Positions 1 through 11,660 of a stretch of DNA of 64,000 bases are shown here, one piece after another. This DNA is from Tubiluchus corallicola (taxonomy: Eukaryota; Animalia; Priapulida). Positions within the stretch are counted from its first letter, which is position 1. Every line of letters begins with the position of its first letter. A program made the position numbers and the translations under genes. The DNA is taken from contig JAQGDQ010000033.1 of assembly GCA_030141605.1 (NCBI GenBank), forward strand, positions 248,001 through 312,000, written 5' to 3'. The notes beneath the pieces were generated by a model that saw nothing but the letters and a program-made list of their open reading frames with translations, was not told the DNA's origin and searched no databases.

Positions 1-299
1 AGCAACAGAGCAGTCACTAGGATGTGACAAAAACATGGCATTTTATCATTGTGACATATTGCCAGCTAACCCTAAAGTGATGCTTATTCTCATGTTATGG
101 TCATTTGCTTTTATTGGTGCAAGGAGTGCGCCGAGGGCCCTATGTGTAAGGATCCACTTAGATGAGCTATATTCTCAACGACCGTGATTGCCTCACACAC
201 CCAAATTGCAGTAGCAAAAATTCACATAATTCTTAAAGCAAAAGCCTCTCGGGAAGTTGAGCTTATTCTAATATTTGAGAAAAATGCTAGAAAGTTTCA

Positions 300-710
300 G
301 AGTAAAATTGTGATAAGTGCCTTATGTAATTAGTAAAATCAATTTAAAGTCTCTGTCACTTCATGCTTGGGCGTACTCATTTTAGACGAAAAATGGCATA
401 ATCCGGTTTCCGTGCAATATAAACACTTACTCTGCCAGGTGCTTCAGTAATATTTTTTTGACTTATAGAGCAAACTCTATAAGCTAAGTAATCGACCTGG
501 TACCTATTGTATACTCGCAAGTTTGCATCTGAACATCAGATACAGCATATCTGAAAGTCAACAAACGTCTGTACATTAATTACACTTACACAATTAATGT
601 ACACTACTTATACATTTTACGGTATAATCATGTGGATTAAAGCTATGTAACCACTTTAAACTTGGTCGTAATTGATCAAATGAATTTTACGTAAACACTG
701 TTAAATATGA
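300..710. repeat. Dispersed repeat, copy A (unclassified)
   Basis: Collinear similarity to 4758-5217 + 9249-9315 (aaaattgtgataa..tgtaattagtaaa..caatttaaa; cttgggc; gaaaaatgg; gtggattaaagctatgt; cactttaaa; taaacac.gttaaa). The head also recurs near 33127. Confidence 0.6.
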
Positions 711-959
711 TGCTAGAATAACGGAACTTCTGAGTGAACTGTAGAAATTTCCCAAAGTGTACCTTCACCACAGCTTACCTTCACAGTATTCACTTTGTAC
801 ACGAACCACCAGCTTACGTCATTGCCGGCAGCAATTTTTGTTTGATGGGAGATAAAAAAATATTTAAATTTCTTTTACATTTTTAAGCAAAGCATTCTAT
901 CCGCATATATTGTGTGGTGATTTCAATATTTTTAATTCAAGGGTTGGTTCTTCCTTTAA

Positions 960-3900
960 AGTTTACCAGGTGACTGCAAGATATTTACTTGTAAAGATGC
1001 TACCTCTTACTCAATTTGGGACATGCAGCGATGCATTTGATAAGTCGACTTATTAAAGCACTTGTTCTTGCAGAAGCATCTTAACAGATTTTCCACCGCT
1101 TGGTGCATCAGCTAATGTACCAAATATCTCTTCATCTAGTAAGCCAACTATAAAAAGTGATAACAGAATCTAGCCACAGCAAACAGTAGTAAGAAAGCGA
1201 GACAAATCCCCAGTAATATAGGAGACAAAAGGGGAGACGACAGCATCAGAAAAAGGCTGTCACGGCGAGTACACCTAAAGATCTTCATTGTCAGTGACAG
1301 TCAACTAATTGATCAAATTAGAACTGTCATTGAATCACAGAATGTCACAGTAATGAACATTGAGTAAATTGAAAATAGCAAGAATGCTTACCATCCCTCT
1401 GGACAACAGGGAGAAAGTGTTTAAGCAGGACCTTTGGCCAGAAGGAATAGGCCTAGAAGGAAGGTGCTGGTTGCCCAAGAGAAGAAATGATCATGCAGTT
1501 ACTGGCTCCAGACAGGCACTTCAGGTCTCCTCGCTCCCTCATTCTTTTCAGATGTAGCTATGCATGAAATATTTAATAAGCTCTGCATTGTGCCATACAA
1601 CTGTAGTGGTTTATCTCCCCAGATGTGTAGGTTCATAGATAAAGTATGTTTTAGAAAATCAAATACTAATTTATGCTTACTCCAAGAACATTGGCTGCAT
1701 TTTGCAGTGCTCAGCAAGCTAGGTTTTTATGGTATGTATGATATTCTGGCACCAATGGCATGTTAGATGACCAGATTTTCCAAGGAAGACCATATAGAGG
1801 AACTGGTATTCTGTGGAAGAAATGTATTAGCGGCATTATTAATCCAGTTAAGTGCGATTCAAACCATCTAACTGCTAACATTAAAAAAAATCTCATTAAC
1901 AAATAGTTGTTCAGTCTGCCTGATAAATGTGATGATACATGCCTGTAGACCTGTTCACTATGCGAGTAAATGAAGATTTTGAGGACACGTTAAGTTTTAA
2001 CACATTCTCAACAATTGGCCATTTTTAGTGTCAAAAAGATTGTGTAATAAAATTTTTAAGGTTAGGGTAGACCATGATATCAATAACATGTCGGATCATT
2101 CATGTTCGTTTCAGTGAACTATGATGTTTAATTAACAATGTAACTGAAAGAATATTTCGGCCACGTATATCTTGAACTCGAGCAGATGAACAAAGTTTAA
2201 AGAGTTATTGCCAAACTCTAGACAGTAATCTTGACTTAATTGAACTACATGTTATTAAGCATGTACTTACATGTGATGATACTGACCCTTGTAACTGTAA
2301 AACTATAATTGATTTATATTGTGAAAACATTATTAACTCCTGTTTAGATGCTAGTGAAATGTGTCTTGCTAAAACTGAAAATGTAAAAGCAAAGCCAGGG
2401 GCGTCGTGCACCAAAAAAATTAGGGGGGCCCGACTGTATATAATGGCGGAACTTAACTGTTTAAAAAAACGTATAATTTTGAATTCCCACACAGTATTTT
2501 GCGTGCAAGAAAAACGATTTATTTATTCCCAACTGGCCGCAGAACCTGGGTCGGGAACACAGTTGGACTTGAAAAATGAAGTCAGATTGGACTGTCTTGA
2601 CATCGTTTAAGAAATATAGAATCACGTGAAAATTCCTGTTTGTCAACAAGATGAAACAACAGTGCAATAAATGAGCAAATAAGCAGCTAAAATCGTAGCG
2701 AAAACTAGCATAGATTCTCCTAGCAGGAGAAAAATGATGAAATGTGCTCAAAAATCACGCCCTTTTATGCAGCAAACTCGGGGGAGAGTCGCTAAGGAGT
2801 AGCAAAGAGTCGGTAATGTCCAATCAGGAGGTGGCTCATCAATTTGTATCTCCCAAACCGACTCTCTAGTACTAGGCTAGCTCGACAAACTAACTCTCTG
2901 GTACTAGGCTAGCTCAACATGACTGGAATGTTTGCATTGTTTTTGCTCTATTATTTCACTTGTTCACTATTATAACACACTGCTGAACGAAGCTCGAGTG
3001 CTAACTCAGCCGTTTTGTTAACTAACAGTCTTTTGTGCAAAGACGCTAATGCTACTCAACGAGCTGCTTTGTTAACTGTTTCTGCCTGCCTCCTGAATAG
3101 ATTACATGCAAACAAATTAACTACATCCTGGCACGTATTAACAGTCAGAATAATTTAACTCGGCGACAAACTTTAATGATAAAAAATATTATTGGGCTAC
3201 TGTACCGAAACGCTCATACTGTTCGCATTTATGGAGCGCTGGCCAGCTATTGTGTCAAAAAGTCGGAAATAAATTTGCTTACCGTTTGCCATTTTCTAAA
3301 AAATTGGGGGGGGGGGGCTGCCCCCCCCCCCCGGCCCCTATAGCACGACGCCACTGGCAAAGCAATTGAATAAATTGTTTCCAGGTTGGAATGATGAAGG
3401 TAAGCCAGAGCGGGAGAAAGTTCTTATCTGGCACTAACTATGGTATTTAAACGGCAGGCCCAGACAGGAAATCATTTCACAAATAAGACATGATACTCGT
3501 GCTCAGTATCATCGCAAAGTACATTATGTTATTTGCATTGAAGGCAATATTCATAATAATAAAATTGCAACAGCATTTTCTGCTTCTAGTGATTTTGGAT
3601 TGAAGCTAAGAAGTTACGCTTTTCCAGCAAATCAACTACAAATAGTATAGATGGTAGATTCTCACCCATTGATATCGCCAATGATTTTGCCAGTGACTTT
3701 AAACCTTTGGATAATAGTGTTGGTACTGACAGTAATGAAATACTAATGAATTTATAATGAATACAAACGTAAGAGTAAACATGACTGATTCAAGTTTCTA
3801 TTACTGAATCAAAATCAACTATATCCAAACTTAAACATGGTAAAAGCGACGGTACTTTTAGTTTACATAGCGACCATGTAATTAATGAATCACATAAGTT

Positions 3901-4750
3901 GGCTATATGTTTAACAAGTTGGCTATATATTGAAGAGCTCACCTGTTTATTGTTGTCTGCAAGATTTTTCAAAGGCATTTCACTGAGTGAATATTCCATT
4001 ACTTTTTGCAAGATTAGAAGATAGAAGTTCTCTACCTAAATCTTTCCCTCGTGTTGAATATGTACATGAATCAAGAAATAAGAGTTCAGTGGAATCAAAG
4101 TAAATCATTCGCCTTTACAGTCACAGACGGAATTTAACAAAAGTGTGCTTTCTGGTGTACTTTTTACTATTTACATGGATGATTTTTTACCTACCCTTAA
4201 AAACTCTAAGCTAGATTGCCATATTTTAAATATTTTCGCTTTATTCAGGCCAACTCGGACTGTCCTTAAATTGATATTAAATATTTGTATGAAATTTGGT
4301 AATGAGCATGATTTGCTTTTTAATATTAACAAGTCAAAGTGTATTTTATTTCGACGAAACTTTGATATTCTTGTGAACATAAATGGTGAACGTCTAAAAT
4401 GGAATAACAAAGCGACTCATGGTAGTGCCTAGAGACAGCCATTCCCGTATGACTCTATATATATAGCTAAAATAATACTGTTTGAAAAATTTATTGCAAA
4501 GTACTCTGTTAAGCCTTTTAACACTGTGAATGATACAGATAGTTGTATTTTCAAAGTTTTATCAATATTGGATAAATACTCAAACTATTTGATGAAATTG
4601 ATGAAATATTACTAGCCCTGTTAACCGAAGAATTTGTAAATATGTATTCGTAATGTGTGTTTGTAATACTTGTGTGTTGTTATTTCCTGTTATTTTGTTT
4701 TATTACTAGCTTTGATTACATGTTGGGAAACATAAAAATAAAATAAATAA
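960..4750 (+). mobile_element. Decayed non-LTR retrotransposon (RTE-X-like LINE) with ORF1 and APE-RT ORF2 remnants
   Basis: ORF1 tail DLWPEGI (1360 ORF); endonuclease motifs YNCSG, LLQEHWL, GRPYRGTGILW, DHFM; PGWND..KPEREK region near 3382; RT remnant LSGVLFTIYMDD (4145 ORF); many stops and frameshifts; A-rich tail aataaaaataaaataaataa near 4731-4750. Interrupted by a hAT element. Confidence 0.75.
2396..3356 (-). mobile_element. Non-autonomous hAT DNA transposon, copy 1
   Basis: TIRs caggggcgtcgtgc / gcacgacgccactg; flanking direct repeat gcaaagc; reverse-complement homologue at 34774-35519. Confidence 0.85.
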
Positions 4751-4757
4751 TATATAT

Positions 4758-5217
4758 TAAAATTGTGATAACACCTGCTGTAATTAGTAAATCAATTTAA
4801 ATTTACGATCACTTCAGTCTTGGGCTTGCTTATTTTGAACGAAAAATGGTGACGTCAGCTTACATGCAATATAAGCACTCGTAGGTGCTTGAGAGAACTT
4901 TCTTTGCAACTGTAGTTACTAATAATATCAACTATAATCAATCCAAAATGTTAAACGAGAGATTTTATTCCTTTACTCTTCGATGAATCCCATTGTCCCC
5001 AATGTAATGGAAACCAGCTACAGACGAGAATGTAGTTATCTCCGACTCGGCTAGTTAACAGAATAATTATTTTTAACAAGCTAAAACTGAACTCTATAAA
5101 CTAGGTAAACTGCGAGGCACGTTATGTATGCTTGCAGCTTTGCAGAATTCCATGCTCATCTGTAATTATATTGTGTAGTAATTACGCATTTTGAGGTGTA
5201 ATTGTGGATTAAAGCTA
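4758..5217. repeat. Dispersed repeat, copy B (left part; resumes at 9249-9315 after the LTR element)
   Basis: Aligns by eye to 300-650 and is split exactly at gattaaagcta|tgt by the gypsy element. Confidence 0.6.
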
Positions 5218-5270
5218 TGTAATGAAAGTAGTTGCTAATATCATGCTTATGTAAAATTATGCATTTTACA
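5218..5270 (+). repeat. 5' LTR (53 bp)
   Basis: tgtaatgaaagtagttgctaatatcatgcttatgtaaaattatgcattttaca, about 90% identical to 9180-9232. Confidence 0.85.
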
Positions 5271-8200
5271 ACTAGATGGCACACGGTTGTACCTTAATTT
5301 CAACTTAATTACTGTGTTTGCAGTTATATTTAATGACGACAACTCGTAACAAATTTAGTCAACTAAGTGTTGGATAAAGCGAGATCAACATGGACAGTAA
5401 AATATTCAAAAAGGAACTACCTGGTGATGCATTGGAATTTGACTGTTTGTATTGAAAGTCAATGCTAGCTATCGATATAACAAAGGCAGAAATGCCAGAA
5501 AATGTCAAGTTACGAGTTCTTTTCTCTCTGTGTGGACCAGTGGCATTTCCCATTGTTGAAGACTGTGACACCTCTGTGACACAATCACTCGCCTTGACAG
5601 CAGGTACACAAAAACTATTTCACCAATAATGATGCGACATAAGCTCAGAAATCGCAGGCAGTCACCGGATGAGTCAGTTGTCGCATTCATGAGAGACCTA
5701 GAATCCATCGTTAAAAAAATTCCCATGCCAGAGCTAATTGCTCACTGACGCCCTTGTATCAGGCCTGAATTCTGTGACAATCAGACAACGGCTGTTAGAG
5801 CTAAGAAGTCCTACATTACAGGATCTTTTACAGCATCAGTGGAACTGGCAATAGGTGATGCTAAAGTGGTATGTAACTCTCCATTACCGGAACCACCAGC
5901 AGTAGCTAGTGTGCACTCAAAATGTTTTGTGTAATGGACTAAGACACAAATGGAGCACCTGTCCAGCACAACAAGTGACATGTGGCAAATGCGGCAAGCT
6001 AGGGCATTGGCAGTCAGTGTGCCTATCAAGCAATAAAACGAAAAATCAAAACACAAAATCAGCAGCGACCGCACCCTCTACTCCTACCGAGTTCAAGCTT
6101 ACTAGTAATGTGCATGAGGAGGACTCGGAAAGTGAGCTAATGTCTGCACAGCTTTCAGCAGTGCGTGCTGTGACTAATAAATCTTCGCAGCTCATAAAAG
6201 GCACTTTGGATGACAATGATGTAGAAGTGTTGATCGACACAGGTTCTGATATATCATTTGTAAGAGCAAAGGTCCTTATAGACAATAAATTAAGCTACCG
6301 CCACACAAGCAATCGCACAATATTGTTGGCAGATAACACGACATCAACTGTAGTAGAAGAGTATTTTGGTGGGTAGAAATTAAATGACCACGTATATATA
6401 ACTGAATTGTGTGTGGTGTCGAATCTGGTTGCCCCGGTAATAGTATGAATGAACCTACTATGCCAGCATTCTAAACTAGTCCTAACTCTAGGAAGACCAG
6501 AACCCCCTGCAGAATTTTGCTTAGCAGTATCAACAATGAACACTGTAAAATATGAGTTACTTCCAGGCCTAGAAACTTCTAAGTTAAAACCAATTGCTAC
6601 ACAGTCGCTTCGTGGTCTTGATAAAGACCAAGCCTTCATAAACCATGAAATAGAATGCTTATTAGAAAAAGGCACCATACAAGAAAGTCGAAGCCCATGG
6701 GGAGCTCAATGCTTTGTGGCAAGTACAGACAATCATACGCTACGTCGTGTCATTGATTGTTCAGAGACTATAAATATTTATACCCCAGCAGATCCCTACC
6801 TTATGTCTCGTATCGATGATCTGTTACACAAGGTAGCATGCAATAAAGCATTTAGCAAGATTGACCTTCATAATGTCTATCATCAGATACCACTGAAACC
6901 AACTGATTGTGCCTTGACAGCATTTGAAGCTTGTGGCAAATTATATGAATTCACGAAGCTTCCTTTTGAATGCTCAAATGCTGTACCGATCTTTCAGCGC
7001 ATAATGGATAATGTTATCAAAGACCATCATTTAAAGGAAACATATTCTTATATTGATAACACCATAATTGGAGGCGAATCTATGGAAGAGCATGACGAAG
7101 CCTTAATTAATTTTTGCAAGGCGGCTAATCAGTTTGGTTTAGAAATAAATGAAGAAAAATGTCAATTCGAAAAAATGAAGATTTCCTTCCTAGTCATATT
7201 ATTGAGAATGGAATTATTAAATCTGATCCACATAGGTTTGAACCCTTGCTCAGCTTTCCAGCTCCGTCTACTCCCAAATAACTGAACAGGATGCTAGGAT
7301 TATTCGCATGCTAGGCGAAGTGGATCCCTCGGTGCTCTGAATTAACGCAGCCATTGCGTGATGCTCGTGAAATGCTAATGAGGGGAAAGCCACTTCCCAA
7401 ACCGGCTAGAGAAGCAATTGACAAGCTAAAATCAGCTCTGGTAAATGCCTGTCTAGCAGTACCCAGTCCGAGCATACCAGTTACTGTAGAGACAGATGCT
7501 TCAGATATTGGGCTCAGTGCGACGTTGCTTCAGTGCGATAAGCCTGTGGTTTTCTTTTTACGGACACTAACCCAGGCAGAGAAGAAGCAGTCTACAGTAG
7601 AAAAGTAGGTCTGTCCATTGTAGAAAGTCTTAGGAGATGGCATCACTTGTTGCATTTAGTTCCCAAGTTTGATATCATAATGGATCAAAAATCTGTCTCA
7701 TATCTCTATAGCTCCTGTAGAGGCTCCAAAATAAAGGATGAGAAGATACAACAGTAGAGTTAGCAGAATTCCTCTTTGATATCTGTTACCGTCCTGGCAC
7801 AAGAAACATAGTTGCAGATGCTATGTCAAGATGTGCACAGATGGGTGTTCACTCATTCTTAGACAAACTGCATCAGACTCTATGTCATCCAGGTGTTTCC
7901 CGTTTTCATCATTATCGCAGAAGCAGAAACATACCTGTTTCAGTTGAAGAAGTTCGGCGCATAGTTAACAGTTGTAGGACTTGTAGGGAATGCAAGCCTC
8001 AATATTATAAGCCCCCGCAGGGTATGTTGATTCAGGCTACTCGTCCATGGGAGAGGCTTTCGATTTGATTTTATTGGCCCATTGCCACCACCTTCAAAAA
8101 ATAAGTATATTCTAACTGTCATCAACGAGTACTCCAGGTACCCTTTTGCATTTCCTTGTTCTGACCTGTCCACAGATATTGTTGCAAAACATCTATTTGA

Positions 8201-9179
8201 ACTTTTCTCGATGTTCGGTGCTCCCGGCTCTATACACAGCGACAGAGGAACACAGTTTGAGAGTAAAGCCTTACGCCAATTTTTAGCACGTAATGGAGTG
8301 ATGAAATCACGTACAACGCCTTACCACCCGGAAGGAAACTCTCAATGTGAGTGAGTGAATGGAACAATATTACGTACTATTCACCTTGCTCTAAAGAGTG
8401 ACAGGCTATCAAAGCTACAGTGGGAATATGTGGTCCCTAAGTCCTTAGCATCAATCCGAGCTTTGCTTTGCACAGCAGCTAATATGATTCTGCATGACCG
8501 GTTGATTAAGTTTCAACGTTCTTCAACCTATGGTACAGTCATCCCGTTATTTTTGCAACATCCAGGTTCTCAGATCTTACACAAACTCCATGTGCGAATG
8601 AAGAATGATCCTCTTGTAGAGCAACTAACCCTGCTCAATACCATATCCCTATATTTTGCAAGGATACAAGGATGGTCGTACTGACACAGTTTCAACTTGG
8701 CACCTAGCTCCATCCGGACAAAAACCAATCTGGGAAAATGGTGCAGAAACTGTTTCAAGCAGGAATCTGGCTGATAATGGGGAACTCCATGAGACTGAAT
8801 CCGTAACAGTTGAGAATGTCTCAACTCCTAAGATCAACATGGAAGGGACAGACAAACAGAGTCTTAGAAGGAGCTCCCGTGTTAGAAAGCCACCAGAACG
8901 TCTTGATCTTTAACAGTTAACTTGGTGTGTTTCAGTGTTCTTTAATAATTTGCTTTCATATAACTTTTAGTATTGCAGTACATTAACTGCTGTTCTTGCT
9001 TTAAAATTTTAATATCTGCATTAGTTAGAAGCTATTGTTTGAAGTGCAGTTTAATTTAGGATAATTTAGATTCTTTTGGTACCTATTACTTTCTTATTTC
9101 TTCATTTGTTTGCATTAAGCACAAAATTTGAGCTTGAAATTGAACTTGTTTATGAACCCTTTTTCCTAGGGGAGAGGGA

Positions 9180-9233
9180 TGTAATGAAGCTAGTTGCTAA
9201 TATCGTGCTTATGTAAAATTACGCATCTTACCA
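9180..9233 (+). repeat. 3' LTR
   Basis: Directly follows the polypurine tract and matches the 5' LTR. Confidence 0.85.
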
Positions 9234-9751
9234 CTTTATCACTTACCATCTAAGCACTTTAAATTTATTACAAATTGATCCAACGACTAATTTTTATATA
9301 AACACAGTTAAACACAAAAACTTGGCCAGTTAAGAAAGTCAGCTAGGGAGGCAATCGCAGAAGCTTTGTTATGCAGTCTTCGTTCTATCTACCGGCTTAT
9401 GTCATTTTTTTCAAATACGCCCGCTGTGAGGGGTATATGAAAATCCAATGAATGTTGGTTTTTCCTTTAATTCTAGATATCTGATATTTTAAAGTGTCAT
9501 TATGTCACATTTGGATTCACTTTTTACAACCAGTCGCTTGGCATGTGTCACTAAATTTTCCAATAATGGTCAGGAATATCGACAAGTATATGTATTTTTC
9601 ACTGTGGGTGAGTGGATTCAGCCATTAAATTAGTTGTGTAGGTTTCCTGTGATTACATGCAACATGAAAGTTACATGTGCTAATGCATTTGTGTTATTTT
9701 TAGATGGCAATTGGATTTCTCATTTTTTCAGAGATGCATTTTCTATTGCAG

Positions 9752-9872
9752 TCTGTGATCCCGTAATGGGTGATGCCGGTCAGATGTACGTTCCAAAAGA
9801 ACTGCTTCCCATTTACATTGATCATTTTATTGGGTTATCAGATATAATCACCCCAAATCAATTTGAAGCTGA
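9752..9872 (+). CDS. PDXK: Pyridoxal kinase, internal exon (5' exons lie outside the window)
   Basis: ttgcag acceptor, gtaagt donor; encodes VCDPVMGD...[11 protein letters not shown], hallmark pyridoxal kinase motifs. Confidence 0.95.
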
Positions 9873-9961
9873 GTAAGTCTTTAGTTTACACATTTATAAA
9901 GTTTGCAAAGCATAGTAATGTTTGACACTAGTAACAAATGCTTTGTATTTGAACACCTTAG

Positions 9962-10110
9962 GTTACTTACTGGAATTAAAATAGAAACAGAGAAGGATGC
10001 ACTGCGAGCAATGGAAGCTCTTCATAATAAAGGTGCAGAAACGGTCATTATAAGCAGCTCAAACTTAGGCGATGAGAAGATTCTTATTGGACTTGCAAGT
10101 AGTCGGAAAA
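9962..10110 (+). CDS. PDXK: Pyridoxal kinase exon
   Basis: LLTGIKIETEKDALRAMEALHNKGAETVIISSS...; AG/GT boundaries; phase consistent with neighbouring exons. Confidence 0.93.
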
Positions 10111-10503
10111 GTAAGTTTTTTGTACTATTGCTTAGTATGCATTTTCGTGTTCAGACTAGGAATTAATTTTTGCATTTTAAACGTCAGCCATGTTTTTATA
10201 TATCATTTTCACAAATAAATTTTGAAAAAAGAAAACATTTATTTTTTATTTTAGTTTTTTGTTTTGCAACAATTATGAGATTATCAGTTAATTTAAGTGT
10301 TGACAATAACAAATTGTATTTATTTTTCATTTAACAGTGGAAGTATTTTGCTAAGTACTAACAGATTCTGATTAGCTGCTAATATGCAATTAATTTCAGT
10401 ATTGTTGTGAATCTTGAACTGTCTACAGATTGAGTTTGAAGCCTGCAAGTATTAATGCAGTTGCATTATTAAATGCAGTATTAATTAATTAATGCAGTAT
10501 TAA

Positions 10504-10537
<34 letters not shown>

Positions 10538-10651
10538 TAGTTTACTTATATATGTATATATATATAATATACGTGTATTGCTTACTTAAATTTGTAAATG
10601 ACATAATATGTACATATAATCATGTATAACAGCTATTTATATTTTTTATAG

Positions 10652-10840
10652 ATGGTCACAGGGAGGCTATACGAGTAGAAATCCCTCTACTGCCTGCCAA
10701 ATTTGTGGGCACTGGCGACCTTTTCACGTCGTTGCTGCTGGCTTGGCATTATAAACATCCCGACAACTTGCAGCTTGTTTGTGACAAGGTGGTGTCAACA
10801 ATGCAGCATGTTTTGCGGCGAACCTTAGCACACGCTCACG
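10652..10840 (+). CDS. PDXK: Pyridoxal kinase exon (catalytic GTGD motif)
   Basis: IPLLPAKFVGTGDLFTSLLLAW...; AG/GT boundaries. Confidence 0.95.
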
Positions 10841-11541
10841 GTAAAAACCCAAAATTACAATCTTAAATGTTTTACAGTATTCGATTATAAACTGAATGGT
10901 GGCATCAAAACTTAGGTGGTCATTGGCTGTTATTTTAAAAAACAGCGAACTCCGCTTAATTTATAGCCTTAGAAAGCATTGTGAATTGTGCAATATATCC
11001 GTTGTTATTATAAGTGAATACCCAAATCTTTGGGCTGTAGCTGTTTCTCAGCCATACAGGGATTGACATAATTAAGAATAATTTTGGTTTATAACTGCAG
11101 CATAAAGTAGTAGTTGATCTGCCGGCTTCATAGCCTAGGTAATTTTAAATTAGTCTGAATCTGCCGCATTTATCAAATTATATAAAGCTACCCTCAGAAA
11201 GCAGCCATGAGAATTAACTGTCTAGTGCCAATGCATGTTAGCTCTACTCATTTTTTATGTAAGTCTGCATTACTCATTTTGCAAAGTAAAAAATAGGCAA
11301 AGCTATCTTTATTTTAGTGTGTGTTGTTAAGCCCACAGTCAGTGCAAACTCATGGGTCTTGTGGTCACAAATTAATACTCTGTTTTACACTTGATGTAGA
11401 TAATGCATTCATGTTTTGTATATTAACTCCACTACGCTGTGAGCTAGAAAACATCAAACTGCAGGTAGCAAAGTCCTGTTTTGCTCATTTTTCTTGATTC
11501 TTAACTCTTTTTCCTTATAACAATAAGTTATGTTATTTTAG

Positions 11542-11660
11542 AGCTTGCTGGAAAAGGTAATGAACCGAACTGTGCCCAACTAGAACTGCGACTAATTCAA
11601 AGCAAATGTGACATTGAGAATCCTGAAATCATCGTCAGATCAACACGGTTGAACACTTGA
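11542..11660 (+). CDS. PDXK: Pyridoxal kinase, last coding exon
   Basis: [18 protein letters not shown]...TGA at 11658-11660. Confidence 0.93.

Larger units (their letters stand above)
5218..9248 (+). mobile_element. Decayed Ty3/gypsy LTR retrotransposon (Mag-like), gag-PR-RT-RH-IN
   Basis: LTRs 5218-5270 and 9180-~9233/9248 (TG..CA); PPT ggggagaggga before the 3' LTR; twin Zn knuckle (H..STCPA...CGKCGKLGHWQSVC); protease LIDTGS; RT YIDN; RNase H ETDASD; integrase HPG..C..C, IHSDRGTQF, YHPEGN; C-terminus RRSSRVRKPPERLDL; several stops and frameshifts. Confidence 0.92.

Noticed and set aside
5359-8913. In-frame TGA/TAG codons in gag-pol as programmed readthrough or selenocysteine
   Set aside because: Numerous stops and frameshifts plus a mutated RT motif (YIDN) indicate neutral decay.
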